A stretch of 64,000 bases of DNA from an uncultured Candidatus Rokubacteria bacterium (GCA_963747235.1 CAVVEU010000033.1:320001-384000), one strand, 5' to 3'. Counted from the stretch's first letter, positions 23,824 through 35,867 are shown. Program-made: numbers and translations. The notes: generated by a model not told the origin, from the sequence alone.

Positions 23824-24713
23824 TGGACGGGATCGCGCTCACCGTCCTGGCGCAGCAGATCGTGCTCGGCCTGCTCCTGGGCGGGCTCTACGGCCTCGCC
23901 GCCGCGGGCCTCTCGCTCGTCTTCGGCGTGCTCAAGGTACTGGACGTGGCCCACGGCGAGCTGATCATGCTGGGCGGCTACGGCACCTACTGGCTCTTCG
24001 CCCTGCTCCGCATGGATCCCTTCGCGTCGCTGCTCGTGGTCATCCCGGCCACGCTCGTGCTGGGGGCGGTGCTCTACGCCGTCCTGTTCGGCTTCGTGGT
24101 CCGCGCCCACGAGGAGACCCGCATCAAGAACTCGCTGCTGGTCGGCTTCGGCCTCGCCCTGGCCCTGCACGCGCTGGCGCTCCAGCTCTGGACCGCGGAC
24201 GATCGCTCGGTGACCACGGCCTACAGCGGCGCGGTGCTCCACGTGGGGCCGCTCGCCGTCCCGGTGATCCGGCTGGTCAGCCTGGCCGTCGCCTTCGCGC
24301 TGATCGCGGGGCTCCATCTGCTGCTCGCCCGCTGGCGCTGGGGCAAGGCCATCCGCGCCACCGCGGAGGACTGGCAGGCCGCGCTGCTCACCGGCATCGA
24401 CGTGCGGCGCGCCTACCTGCTGGCCTTCGCCATCGGCACCGCGCTCGCGGGGGCGGCGGGCACCCTGGTGAGCGTCGGCTACTCGATCAGCCCGGCCATC
24501 GGGCTCGAGTGGACGCTCAAGGCCCTGATCGTGGTGGTGCTGGCCGGCCTCGGCTCCATGCTGGGCACCTTCGCGGCCGGCCTGTTCGTGGGCGTGGCCG
24601 AGGCGCTCAGCGCCGCCGCCTTCGGCGGCCCCTATCGCGAGGTCGTGGGCCTGGTGATCTTCGTCGTGGTGCTCGTGCTCAGGCCGCAAGGCCTGTTCGG
24701 GAAACCTCGATGA
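23823..24713 (+). CDS. LivH-type permease
   Basis: GLSLVFGV, AHGELIMLGGY, RPQGLFG. Confidence 0.92.
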   Translation: MDGIALTVLAQQIVLGLLLGGLYGLAAAGLSLVFGVLKVLDVAHGELIMLGGYGTYWLFALLRMDPFASLLVVIPATLVLGAVLYAVLFGFVVRAHEETRIKNSLLVGFGLALALHALALQLWTADDRSVTTAYSGAVLHVGPLAVPVIRLVSLAVAFALIAGLHLLLARWRWGKAIRATAEDWQAALLTGIDVRRAYLLAFAIGTALAGAAGTLVSVGYSISPAIGLEWTLKALIVVVLAGLGSMLGTFAAGLFVGVAEALSAAAFGGPYREVVGLVIFVVVLVLRPQGLFGKPR

Positions 24714-25651
24714 CCGGTGAGCGCGCGTGGACAGTGGGGATACTCTTGGGCTTCGCGGCGCTCGCGCCGTTGCCGCTGCTGGTCCGCCGCGACGACGTGC
24801 TGAACTTCGTGCTGCTGGTCCTGCTCTCGATCACGATGGCCCAGAGCTGGAACATCATCGCGGGCTACGCGGGCCAGGTGAACCTGGGGCACGCCGCCTT
24901 CTTCGGCCTGGGCGCGCTGACCGCGCGCACCCTCTGGATCGCGGGGACGCCGATCCCGCTCGCGATGGGCGCGGGCGCGCTGGTGGCCGTGGCCCTCGCG
25001 CTGCTCATCGGCGCGGCCGCCTTCCGGCTCCGGGGGGCCTACTTCGCGATCGGCACGCTCGCCCTGGGGGAGATCCTGCGCACGTTCGTGAGCAACACGC
25101 TGCCCGAGATCTCGACGCTGCCCGCGGCCAGCATCGCGGGCTACCGGCTCGCGCCGCGCTACTACCTGGCGCTGGCGCTGGCCGCGCTGTCGGTGGTGGC
25201 GGTGGCCGCGCTCGCCGGCTCGCGCCTCGGACTCGGGATGCAGGCCATCCGCGAGGACGAGGACGCGGCGGAGGCCAGCGGGGTCGCCGCGCTGGCCCTC
25301 AAGCTGCGGGCGCTCGTGCTCTCGACCGCGCTGGCCGGGCTCGCGGGCGGCTTCTTCGCCTACTACCACATCAGCTACTATCCGTCGCATCCGTTCGGGC
25401 CACACTGGACCTTCGAGGCGCTGCTCATGACGTTCATCGGCGGCGTCGGCACCCTGCACGGCCCGGTGCTGGGCGCGGTGCTCTACGTGCTGCTCAAGGA
25501 GTACCTGACCGTGCGCTGGGTGGACTTTCACCTCTTGATCTTCGGCGTGCTCTTCATCGCCATCGTGCTGATCTTCCCGGGCGGCCTCGTGCAGGCCACC
25601 GAGGGCGCGCGGCGGTGGCTCGCGCGCCGACGAGGAGCTTCCACGACATGA
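24710..25651 (+). CDS. LivM-type permease
   Basis: SWNIIAGYAGQVNLGHAAFFG, RLRGAYFAI, AIREDEDAA. Confidence 0.92.
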   Translation: MTGERAWTVGILLGFAALAPLPLLVRRDDVLNFVLLVLLSITMAQSWNIIAGYAGQVNLGHAAFFGLGALTARTLWIAGTPIPLAMGAGALVAVALALLIGAAAFRLRGAYFAIGTLALGEILRTFVSNTLPEISTLPAASIAGYRLAPRYYLALALAALSVVAVAALAGSRLGLGMQAIREDEDAAEASGVAALALKLRALVLSTALAGLAGGFFAYYHISYYPSHPFGPHWTFEALLMTFIGGVGTLHGPVLGAVLYVLLKEYLTVRWVDFHLLIFGVLFIAIVLIFPGGLVQATEGARRWLARRRGASTT

Positions 25652-26037
25652 CCGAACGCATTCCGCTGCTCCAGCTTGGCTCGCTCCAGAGTCGCCTGCC
25701 CGAGCTCATCGCGAAGAAGGGCGCGCCGCCCTGGTCGGAGGCGGTCGTGCTGACCGACGACATCCAGGCCTTCCTGATCTGCCACCCGCCCGGCCAGCCC
25801 AACGACACCCACTACCACCATCACGACGAGTGGTGGATCGTGCTCCAGGGCGAGATCGACTGGTACATCGAGGGTGAGACCGCGCCCATTCACGCGCGCG
25901 CGGGCGACTTCGTCTTCGGCCCGAAGCACCTCTGGCATCATCTGGAGCCGGTGGGCACCACGCCCAGCATCCGCGTCGCGATCAACGCGCGGGGCGAGTT
26001 CCACCGCTACGACCGCCCGGGCTGCAAGCCTCTCTGA
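25648..26037 (+). CDS. Cupin-domain protein
   Basis: HYHHHDEWWIVLQG and PKHLWHH cupin motifs. Confidence 0.85.
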   Translation: MTERIPLLQLGSLQSRLPELIAKKGAPPWSEAVVLTDDIQAFLICHPPGQPNDTHYHHHDEWWIVLQGEIDWYIEGETAPIHARAGDFVFGPKHLWHHLEPVGTTPSIRVAINARGEFHRYDRPGCKPL

Positions 26038-26045
26038 CGCCTGGG

Positions 26046-26979
26046 CTAGGCGGTCGCGTCCGAGGGCTTGCCGACCGCGGCGGGAGCGGGCCCGGCGTGG
26101 GATCTGCCGGCGCCGGTCACCAGGCGCAGCACGGCGGGCGAGAGCTTCGGGTCCAGCGTGTCGCGGATGCCGTCGCCGAGCAGGTTGAACGCGAGCACGG
26201 TGACGGTGATCGCGAGGCCGGGGAAGAGCACCAGCCACCAGTGGGGGCACGAGGCCGGTGATCGCGTCCGCCAGCATGTTCCCCCAGGTCGGCGTGGGCG
26301 GCGGGACGCCGACCCCGAGGAAGCCCAGGGCGGCCTCGATCACGATCGCGACGCCCAGGTGGGTGGTGGCGAGGACCAGGTAGGGCGCGATGCACTGGGG
26401 CAGCACGTGCAGCGTCATCACCCGGAGCTGCGAGGCGCCGGCGGCCCGGCCCGCCTCCACGAAGGGCATCTCCCGCACGCTGATGGCCACCGACCGGATC
26501 ACCCGCCCGCCGAACGGAATGCGGGTGACCGCGATGGCCGCGATGACCGCGGGCAGACCGGTCCCGATGGCCATCGAGATCGCCATGGCCAGGATGAGAT
26601 CGGGGAACGCCTGCAGGACCTCCATGATGCGCTGGCTCACCAGATCGAAGCGCCCGCCCAGGTAGCCGCAGGCCACGCCCCAGAGCGAGCCCACCGTGGT
26701 GCCGAGCAGCACCGCGGAGAACGCCACGAAGAGCGAGGTGCGCGCCCCGTACATCACGCGGCTCAGCGTGTCGCGGCCCACCTGGTCGGTGCCGAAGAAG
26801 GACTGCGCGTCGGGCGGCTTGTTCATCCGCCGGAAGTCCGCCTTCAAGGGCTCGCGCGGGGCGATCCAGGGCGCGGTCAGCGCGACCAGCACGACGAACA
26901 GGCCCACGAGGCCGCCCACGACCGACAGCTTGTTGCGGCGGGCAAAGCCCCCGAGCTCGCGGAGCGCCTGATTCGACAT
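26046..26979 (-). CDS. DppC/OppC-type ABC permease, frameshift near 26245
   Basis: [39 protein letters not shown]. Confidence 0.9.
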
Positions 26980-26989
26980 GGGCGGACGC

Positions 26990-27946
26990 CTACTGGTACC
27001 GGATCCGGGGATCGAGCCAGGCGTAGCTCATGTCCACCAGGACGTTGACCAGCACGAAGATCCCCGCGTAGAGCAGCACGAGGTTCTGCACCACGACGAT
27101 GTCGCGCTCGACGATGGCCACCACGAGGGCGCGGCCGAGGCCGGGCACCCCGAAGGCCTGCTCGACCGCCACCGAGCCGCCGAGCACGAAGCCCAGCAGG
27201 ACGCCCGAGATCGTGATGACGGGCAGGAGCGCGTTGGGCAGCGCGTGCCGCATCACCACCGAGCGCTCCAGCGTGCCCTTGGCCCGCGCGGTGCGCACGT
27301 AGTCCTCGCGGATCACCTCCAGCAGGCAGGAGCGGGTCATGCGCGCGATGTAGGCGCCCTGGGCCAGCCCGAGCACCATCGCGGGCCCGATGATGAGCTG
27401 GAAGTTCTGCCAGGGGTTCTCCCAGAGCTGCACGATGATGATCGGCGCCTTGTAGCCGAACCAGAAGAGCAGGGCCAGCACGATCAGCAGGCCGAGCCAG
27501 AAGCCGGGCACCGCGATGAAGAGCACCGAGAGCGAGCGCACCATCGCGTCGGCCCAGCCGTTGGGGCGGATCGCGCTCAGGATGCCGACGGGCAGCCCCA
27601 CCAGCCACGAGATGACCAGGGCGAGGATCGCGATCTCGGCGGAGAGCGGCCCGCGGTGGAGGATGAGGTCGCGCACGGTGTCGCCGCGAAAGAACGACTT
27701 GCCGAGCTGCCCGGTGGCGATGTCCCGCATCCAGCGCGCGTACTGCACCGGCAGCGAGTCGGACAGGCCCAGGTCGTGCATGATGGCCGCGCGATCCGCC
27801 GGCGCCATCTTGGCGTGGCCTTCCACGCCGAGGATGGCCACCAGCGGATCGCCCGGCAGGATGCGCAGCACCACGAAGATGATCAGGGAGACCCCGATCA
27901 GGGTGCCCAGGGCGAACAGCGCCCTCCGGAGCAGGTACTTCTGCAC
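26990..27946 (-). CDS. DppB/OppB-type ABC permease
   Basis: EDYVRTARAKG, HALPNALLP, LDPRI. Confidence 0.93.
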   Translation of the reverse strand: MQKYLLRRALFALGTLIGVSLIIFVVLRILPGDPLVAILGVEGHAKMAPADRAAIMHDLGLSDSLPVQYARWMRDIATGQLGKSFFRGDTVRDLILHRGPLSAEIAILALVISWLVGLPVGILSAIRPNGWADAMVRSLSVLFIAVPGFWLGLLIVLALLFWFGYKAPIIIVQLWENPWQNFQLIIGPAMVLGLAQGAYIARMTRSCLLEVIREDYVRTARAKGTLERSVVMRHALPNALLPVITISGVLLGFVLGGSVAVEQAFGVPGLGRALVVAIVERDIVVVQNLVLLYAGIFVLVNVLVDMSYAWLDPRIRYQ

Positions 27947-27973
27947 GAGCGAAGGCTCGGGTCTGGGGCTACC

Positions 27974-29653
27974 CTACCCCACCCAGACCTGATCCCAGCG
28001 CACCACGTCGTAGATCCCGAAGTACTTGCTCGGGTTCTGACCGTGCACCTTGTTGTACCAGGCGTCGTAGATCTGCTCGTAGGCCACCGGGATCAGCGGC
28101 GGGTCGCTCTCCAGGATGTCCTCCGCCTGGCGGATCATGGTCTTGCGCTTGTTGTCGTCCACCTCCCGCTCGATGTTCCGGGCGAGCGCGTGGAACTGCT
28201 CGTTGGTCCAGCCCGCGTAGTTGTTCGGGGCGTCCTTGCCATACCAGGACGAGAAGTAGTCGGACGGGTCCATCAGCGCGGACACGATGGCGGTGATCCC
28301 GAGGTCGAAGTTGCCGGCGGCCGCCTCCTCGAACCACTGGGAGATCTGGACCACCCGGAGGTTGCACTCGATGTTGAGGTGCTCCTTCAGCATGGCCTGG
28401 ATCGCCACCGCCCAGAGCTTGAAGGTGGCGGCATCGCGCACCAGGAAGTCGAGCCCCTTGATCCCCTGGCCGTAGCCGGCCTCCTGCATGAGCTTCTTGG
28501 CTTCCTGGATCGCCGCCTTCGGGTCCTTCTGATAGCCGAGCCGCTTCTCCAGCTCCGCCTTCGGGGTGGACGCCTCGTGGAACGGGTACACGAAGCCGCC
28601 GATCTGCATGGGCGCGGTGTCCTTGACCACGTCCACCAGCACGTGCCGGTCCATGGCGAGGTGAATCGCCCGGCGCACCCGCACGTCCTGGAACGCCTTG
28701 ACCTTCTTCTGGTTCATGTAGACCGCCTGGATCACGGACTGGTTGAAGGCGGCCGCGGTGACCCCGGGCATCTCCTTGGCCTTGCGCCAGGAGACCGGAT
28801 CCAGCAGCCGCGCGTAGTCGAGCTTGCCGGACAGGAACGACGCGCCCAGCTCCGGCGAGAACGGCGGCATGTGGTAGACCTCGAGCTTGTCGACGTACGG
28901 CAGCCCCTTGTTCCAGTAGTTGGGGTTCTTCTCCATGTTCCAGACTTCCTTGTCCTTCCGCGAGACGTGCCGGAAGGGCCCGGTGCCCGGGTAGTTCATG
29001 ACCTGCCGCAGGTTGCCCTGGTTGTCGTCGAGGGTCTTCTTGCGGACGATGATGTTCCAGCCGCTCGCGAAGGCGCCCAGCATGAAGGCGCGCGGCCGCG
29101 GCTCGGTGAGCCGGAACTCGATGCGGTGCGGGTCCAGCACCACGATCTCGCTCACCGCGGTGAACAGCGACGAGCGCGGGATCAGGATGCCCTTCGGGGG
29201 CCGCACGATCCGCTCGTACGTCGCCTTGACGTCCTCGGCGGTGAAGTCGGCGCCGTCGTGGAACTTGACGCCCTTCCGGAGATGGAAGGTGTACTTCTTG
29301 CCGTCCGGCGAGACGTCCCACTTGTAGGCCAGATCCGGGATGATCGTCTGCCCGTCGCGGGGGTCGCGGCGGATCAGCGTGTCGTACATCGGGCTCTGCG
29401 CGCCGATATTGGCCACCGTGCCCGACTGGTGCACGTCGAAGTGGGCGGGCGCGGTGTGGACGCCGTAGCGCAGGGTGCCGCCCCGCTTCGCGGCGGGGTC
29501 ACGGAACGGCGGGTCTCCTGCGCTTCCGCGGTCGAGCGGAGGAACGCCGGCGCGGTGCTCGCGGCACCGGCCACGCCAATGGTCTTGAGGAAGGAGCGGC
29601 GGCTCACCCCACGTCTTGCGGGCTCTGGACTTGTCAGGAACCGAATCGGCCAT
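27974..29653 (-). CDS. Family 5 (DppA-like) substrate-binding protein with Tat signal; frameshifts near the 5' end
   Basis: SRRSFLK, KRGGTLRYG, LRKGVKFHDG, PGTGPF. Confidence 0.9.
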   Translation of the reverse strand: MADSVPDKSRARKTWGEPPLLPQDHWRGRCREHRAGVPPLDRGSAGDPPFRDPAAKRGGTLRYGVHTAPAHFDVHQSGTVANIGAQSPMYDTLIRRDPRDGQTIIPDLAYKWDVSPDGKKYTFHLRKGVKFHDGADFTAEDVKATYERIVRPPKGILIPRSSLFTAVSEIVVLDPHRIEFRLTEPRPRAFMLGAFASGWNIIVRKKTLDDNQGNLRQVMNYPGTGPFRHVSRKDKEVWNMEKNPNYWNKGLPYVDKLEVYHMPPFSPELGASFLSGKLDYARLLDPVSWRKAKEMPGVTAAAFNQSVIQAVYMNQKKVKAFQDVRVRRAIHLAMDRHVLVDVVKDTAPMQIGGFVYPFHEASTPKAELEKRLGYQKDPKAAIQEAKKLMQEAGYGQGIKGLDFLVRDAATFKLWAVAIQAMLKEHLNIECNLRVVQISQWFEEAAAGNFDLGITAIVSALMDPSDYFSSWYGKDAPNNYAGWTNEQFHALARNIEREVDDNKRKTMIRQAEDILESDPPLIPVAYEQIYDAWYNKVHGQNPSKYFGIYDVVRWDQVWVG

Positions 29654-29818
29654 GGCGTTCCCCTCCTTTGGGGTCTCCACTTCGGGACGATCTGGGTCCG
29701 GACCGAGGGCGTTAAGTCCACGGAACATACCACGACCCGCCGGGTCCCTGGCAAGACGCTTTCTGCTAGACTCGGCGCTAACTCACGCGCCTACCGCCCC
29801 CGATCGGAGGACCCCCGC

Positions 29819-30895
29819 ATGGAATTCGGCGTCCTGTTCACGTCGCACCCCAACCACGCCACCGAGCCCTACCCGCACCGCGCCGTCCACGCGCGCGTCA
29901 CCGCCGAGATCCAGGCCGCCGACCGCCTGGGCTACGACACCGCCTGGGTGGCCGAGCACCACTTCTCGAACCAGTACGGCATCATGCCGGACGTCTTCAC
30001 CTACATGGGCTACCTGGCTGCCCAAACTTCGCGCATCCGCCTGGGCACCGCGGTGGTGACCGTCCCCCTCTACGACCCGATCCGCGTCGTCGAGAACATG
30101 GCCTTCGTGGACATCCTCTCGGGGGGCCGCGTCGTCCTGGGCCTGGGCTCGGGCTACCGCCCGTACGAGTTCGAGGGCTTCGGCCGCGACTTCGACCGCC
30201 GCCGCGACGTCCAGGAAGAGGCGATCGACCTGATCCTCGAGCTCCTGCACAAGCGGCGGACCCGGCACGAGGGCCCGCACTTCCACTCGGTGATCGAGGG
30301 CGACTACGAGATCTTCCCGGTGAGCCAGCAGGAGCCGCACCCGCCGCTCTTCATGGCCGGCGCCACCGACCGCTCGCTCGGCTACGCGGCGCGACATGGA
30401 TTCGGCCTGATGCTCTCCACGCTGCCGTCGGCCGAGACGCTGGCCAAGCAGATCGGCCTCTACAAGAGCCACCTGAAGGACGCGCCGGCGCCGCTCGACC
30501 GCAACCCGGCCTTCGGCAAGGTGGACATCGCCCGCTGGGTCTACGTGGCCGACACCGACGCGGCGGCCAAGCGCGACACCGAGCAGGGCATCGTCCGCCA
30601 CATCAGCCACTTCATGGGCGCGGGCACCGCGGGCTACCTCGGCAATGTCTCGGAGAAGAACCGCGCGGAGGGGCTCACCTACGACGACCTGGCCGCCACC
30701 ACGCTGCTGCACGGCTCGCCCGCGACCGTGATCGCCAAGCTGCGCGAGCTGCGCCACAAGACGGGGCTCACCTCGCTGCTGCTCCACTACCCGCCGTACT
30801 ACGGCCACGACAACGCGATGCGGAGCCTGCGGCTCTTCGCGGAGAAGGTGATGCCGGAGTTCCGCCCGCCCGCGAGCCGATCCGCCGTCGCCTAG
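29819..30895 (+). CDS. LLM-class flavin-dependent oxidoreductase
   Basis: WVAEHHF, TSRIRLGTAV, DILSGGR, SLRLFAEKVMP; GGAGG SD. Confidence 0.92.
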   Translation: MEFGVLFTSHPNHATEPYPHRAVHARVTAEIQAADRLGYDTAWVAEHHFSNQYGIMPDVFTYMGYLAAQTSRIRLGTAVVTVPLYDPIRVVENMAFVDILSGGRVVLGLGSGYRPYEFEGFGRDFDRRRDVQEEAIDLILELLHKRRTRHEGPHFHSVIEGDYEIFPVSQQEPHPPLFMAGATDRSLGYAARHGFGLMLSTLPSAETLAKQIGLYKSHLKDAPAPLDRNPAFGKVDIARWVYVADTDAAAKRDTEQGIVRHISHFMGAGTAGYLGNVSEKNRAEGLTYDDLAATTLLHGSPATVIAKLRELRHKTGLTSLLLHYPPYYGHDNAMRSLRLFAEKVMPEFRPPASRSAVA

Positions 30896-32156
30896 CCGAC
30901 CATCTCCGAGTGCCGCGCGAGGCGGCGGACCGGCGAGGCCAGGATCACGATCGCCTGGATGAGGAAGCCCGCCGCCGCGACCACCAGGCCGGTCTCCGCG
31001 CCGTAGAGGCCGCCCACCAGCGCGCCGAGCGCGGCGCCCAGCGGGCGCGAGCCGTAGGTCGCGATGTTGATCGCGGAGACGCGGCCGAGCAAGCGCGAAG
31101 GCGTCACCATCTGGCGCAGCGTGGTCGTGCCGATCGTCCAGAGGATCGGGCCCACGCCCATCAGGAAGAAGCTGAGCCCGGCCAGCACCGGCGTCGGCAT
31201 CCAGATCGTGGCCACCATGACGAGCGCGGCGGCCAGCCCGACGAGCGGACCGATCACGATCACGACGCCGAACGGCAGCGCGCGGATGAGCCGGCCGGCC
31301 AGCAGCGCACCCACGACCATCCCGATGCCGTAGACGGCCAGCGTGACGCCCACGCCGGAGGCGGAGAGGCCGAGCCGGTGGACGGCATAGGGCACGTAGA
31401 CCGCCTGCAGCACGAAGAACGCGGTGTTGAACACGAACTGGGTGATCGAGGATCGGCAGCAGCAGCCGGTGGCGGAACACGAAGCCCGAGCCCTCGCGGA
31501 GATCCTGCAGCGTGTGGCTCGGGGGCGCGGGCGCGCGCGGCGGCTCGCGCAGGCCGGCGAGCAGGAACACCGCGCCGATCGAGAGCGCGGCCGCGACACC
31601 GAAGGCGGCGCCCGCGCCCGTCCAGCCCACGAGCGCGCCACCCAGCGCCGGGCCGCCCACGAAGGCCACCGTGCGCGCCAGCTCGAGCCGCGCGTTCGCC
31701 GCCGCGAGCCCGGCGGGCGGCACCAGGGCGGGCACGAGCGCGGGCGCGGCCACGCTGTAGGCCACCGTCCCGCACGCGCCCACGAAGGCCAGCAGCGCGA
31801 GCAGCGCCAGGGTGAGCCGGCCGGATTGCGCGAGCGCGAGCGTGACCACGAGCGCGAGGGCGCGCACCGCCTCCGCGCGCGGCCATGAGCCGCCGGCGCG
31901 GCATGCGGTCGGCCAGCACGCCGGCGGGAATGGCCAGGAGCAGGAACGGCAGCGTCGCCGCGGTCTGGAGGAACCCGGTCTCGCCCGCCCCGGCGCCGAG
32001 CGCGAGCACCGCGACGAGCGGCGCCGCGGCCAGGCCGATCTGCTCGGCCGACTGCGCGGCCAGATTGGACCACGCCAGGCGGGGGAATCCGGATGCCGTG
32101 TTCACGTACGGGTATACGGGCGCGGACGGTGAACGGGCGGAGACTGGATCCCTCAC
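30892..32156 (-). CDS. MFS transporter (MFS_3-like), frameshifted; start uncertain
   Basis: PAGVLADRMPRRRLM, PALVP, TTLRQMVTPSRLLGRV. Confidence 0.85.
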
Positions 32157-32165
32157 CCTCGACTA

Positions 32166-32200
32166 CCCCTCACCCTGCCCTCTCCCCTGAGGGGAGAGGG
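32166..32200. repeat. REP-like palindromic element CCCCTCACCCTG-CCCTCTCCCC-TGA-GGGGAGAGGG
   Basis: Perfect 10-bp stem (32178-32187/32191-32200) immediately after the livF-type stop; partial CCCTCACCCT copies at 32150 and 40671. Confidence 0.7.
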
Positions 32201-32201
32201 T

Positions 32202-32906
<705 letters not shown>

Positions 32907-32910
<4 letters not shown>

Positions 32911-33662
32911 CGCGAGGCTCCCAGGTAGGTCTCCTGCACGACGCGGTTGGCACGGATCTCCTCCGGCGTGCCGTCGGCCAGCACCTGGCCCTGGTGCAGC
33001 ACGGTGACGCGGTCGGAGATGCCCATCACCAGCTTCATCTTGTGCTCGACCAGCACCACCGTGCGGGCGCGGGCCAGCTCGCGGATGAGCACCATCGTCT
33101 CGTCGGTCTCCTCCGGGCTCATCCCCGCGGTCGGCTCGTCCAGCAGCAGCAGCACCGGATCGGAGGCGAGCGCGATGCCGATCTCGAGGTGGCGCTTCTC
33201 GCCGTGGGAGAGGTGCGCGGCGAGCTGCTCGGCCCGGCGCGACAGGCTCACGGTGGCCAGGAGCTCGACCGCGCGGTCCTGGCAGGCGGTCAGCGCGTCG
33301 GCGCGCGACCAGAAGTTGAACGAGCGCGCGTAGCCCTGCACGGCCACCCGCACGTTCTCGAGCACCGAGAGATGCGGGAAGATGTTCGTGATCTGGTACG
33401 ACTTGGCGATGCCGAGCCGGCACACCCGGTGCTGCGGCAGCCCGGTGATGTCGGCCTCCTGGAAGAGCACGCGCCCGGAGGACGGCGCCATCTCCCCCGA
33501 CACGAGGCGGAAGAACGTGGTCTTGCCCGCCCCGTTGGGCCCAATGATGGAGCGGAGCTCCCCGCGTCGGACGGTGAGCGAGACCGCGTTGACCGCCACC
33601 AGGCTGCCGAAGGCGCGGGTGAGGTTCTCGGTGCGGAGCAGGACCCCGTCGGGTCCGCTCAT
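32907..33662 (-). CDS. LivG-type ABC ATPase
   Basis: GPNGAGKTT, LSHGEKR, DEPTAGMS, VEHKM. Confidence 0.92.
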
Positions 33663-34324
33663 ACGGTGGCGAAGAAGCGCGCCGGCGCCCCCTCGGTGCC
33701 CGCGATCTTGTAGAAGGGCGCGGCGAACTCCACCCGGCGCCGGGGCAGCGCGCCCAGGTTCGTGAGCCCCTCCATGATGACCACGCCCGCGCCCAGGATC
33801 ACCCGGTGCATCGCGAAGTCCTCCGAGGTGAACTCGGGCAGCCGCGCGCAGTACTCCTCGAAGAAGTCGAACCCGATGTTCTTGGGCCCGCGGTCCACCA
33901 GCCACTGCGCGACCTCGGGCGGGAAGTAGGGCGACTGGGTGAAGTAGTCGGGCCAGCGCCCGTACATCGTGTCGGTCCACCCGGTGTGCAGCAGCACGAT
34001 GTCGCCGCGCTTGACGTCGCCCGCGCCGCCCTTCTTCAGATCGTCGATGGTGATCGAGTGGTTGGCGCCGACCCAGGAGAGATCCACCACCAGCGCCTCG
34101 CCCATGACCTGGTCCAGCGTGATCTCGGCGGTGGTGATGCCGTTCTTGAACACGTGCAGCGGCGAGTCGATGTGGGCGCCGGTGTGCAGGCTCTGGTTCA
34201 CGCTCGAGACCTGCCAGAAGCCGGGGCCGCGGCGGTGCGGCGTCACCTCGAGCTTCATGTTGGTCGAGGGCGGGCTGAAGGTGTTCTCGTCCACCGTCAC
34301 GGACAGGTCGATGAATCGGCTCAT
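33659..34324 (-). CDS. Cyclase-family (kynurenine formamidase-like) metallohydrolase
   Basis: HTGAHIDSPLH, GDIVLLHTGW, HRVILG..VIMEGL, GAPARF. Confidence 0.9.
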   Translation of the reverse strand: MSRFIDLSVTVDENTFSPPSTNMKLEVTPHRRGPGFWQVSSVNQSLHTGAHIDSPLHVFKNGITTAEITLDQVMGEALVVDLSWVGANHSITIDDLKKGGAGDVKRGDIVLLHTGWTDTMYGRWPDYFTQSPYFPPEVAQWLVDRGPKNIGFDFFEEYCARLPEFTSEDFAMHRVILGAGVVIMEGLTNLGALPRRRVEFAAPFYKIAGTEGAPARFFATV

Positions 34325-35752
34325 GGCTTCGTCCTGGGTAGGTTGGCGATGGCGCGGGCGGGCCCGGTCAGCTCCACGATGTGCAGCCCGGTGTCGGCCC
34401 GGTCCGCCAGGTAGATGTAGCCCCGGTCGTCCACTTCCACGTTGTTGGTCTGGATCGCGGTCTTGCAGCGCGGGATGCCGGCCACCTCCACGCAGCGCTT
34501 GTCGGTCTTCGGCGGTGACGTCGGGGATGAAGAAGGCCGCCTCCACCGGGTGGAACGGATCGCGGATGTCCACCGCGCGCACGCCCGCGTTGAAGTAGGC
34601 GAGGAACACGAGGCGGCCGTAGAAGACCGGCGTGAACGACTCGTGGCTCGAGTGCGGGCCGAAGCGGCCGCCCCGGCGGCAGAAGTCGCCGGTCGGATCG
34701 GGCACCTCGAAGGTGGCCACCGAGTAGGGCGTCTTCTCGGTGGTGACGTCCACCATGAAGGAGAGCTGGCGGACCTCCTGGCACTCGTTGCGGAGCGACT
34801 CCGACACCAGCAGCACGAAGTCGCGCGTGCGCCCCGGCACCCCGGGCGCCCAGTGCGGCACCCGCACGCCCAGCACCGGGAGGCTCGTGTGCCCGCCCCA
34901 GGCCGGCGACATGTCGAGGCGGCCGATCTGCGGATAGAGCAGGTTCTCCACGGTGGGCGCGAACTTCTCGCGGGCCTGCGGATCGCCCGCGAGCAGCTTC
35001 TCGCGGTCCACGATCTGCAGCACGCCCTTGGCGCCGGTGCCGTAGGCGAAGTAGACGCGATTCTTGTACGCGATGGGCCCGTGCACGCCCTCGGGCGCGG
35101 GGCCGGTCGCGCCCGGCTCCTGGCCGGGCAGCCCGAAGTCGCGGATGAAGCGCGGCTGCGCGGGATCGCTCAGGTCGTAGATCGTCGTCATCCGGTTGGT
35201 GCGCCAGCCGCGCGGCGCGCCGTCGGAGACGAGGTAGGCGATGCCGGTGTCGCACTCCCACCAGTTCTTGTGCGTGCTCTTGAGCCCGTCCAGCACCGTG
35301 GTGAGCCGCGCGGGCTTCGCCGGATCGGTCACGTCCCAGATCTCGTGGGCCAGATTGCCGAGCGTGCGCAGGAGATAGGTCTTCTCGCGCGCCCCGCGCG
35401 GCAGCGTCTTGCCGTCGCAGACGCGCGCCATCGCCGCGCCGCCCGCCTCCGCCTCGCCCGGCGCGCCGGGGATGTGGTGCAGGTACTTCGGCTGCTTCGG
35501 ATCCGTCACGTCCACGATGGAGGTGCCGTTCTGCTCCATCTGGCCGGTCAGCGGGTTCATGCGCAGGCCGCCGTGGTGGCCGACGTAGGCGATGAAGCGG
35601 CCGCCCTGCTGGTGGATCACGGGCTGGTAGGCGGAGCGCGCCTGCAGATCGTGGGCGCCGACCAGGCGCATGTCGTGCTGCTCGGCGGCCCGCGCCGGCG
35701 TCGGGACGAGCGCCAGCAGGCCCATCAGGAGGGCGATTCGCCACGCGCTCAC
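34321..35752 (-). CDS. Secreted LVIVD-repeat (beta-propeller) protein, frameshift near 34510
   Basis: Signal peptide; repeated IVDVTDP/WDVTDP/AVDIRDP; GGRFGPH; QTNNVEVDDRGYIY. Confidence 0.8.
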
Positions 35753-35867
35753 GGCCCGGTCTCCGTCGGCATCGACGCCCCCTCCGCTGGCGGCCCCCCA
35801 GCCTACCCGGGGCCCCAGACGGGCGGTCAATAGCAATCCCCCCTCTCCCTGTGCTATCTCCTGCACC

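Noticed and set aside
26978-30895. 1305-aa plus-strand ORF
   Set aside because: Antisense shadow of the dppA/dppB-type genes running into the real LLM gene, which starts at 29819 with an SD
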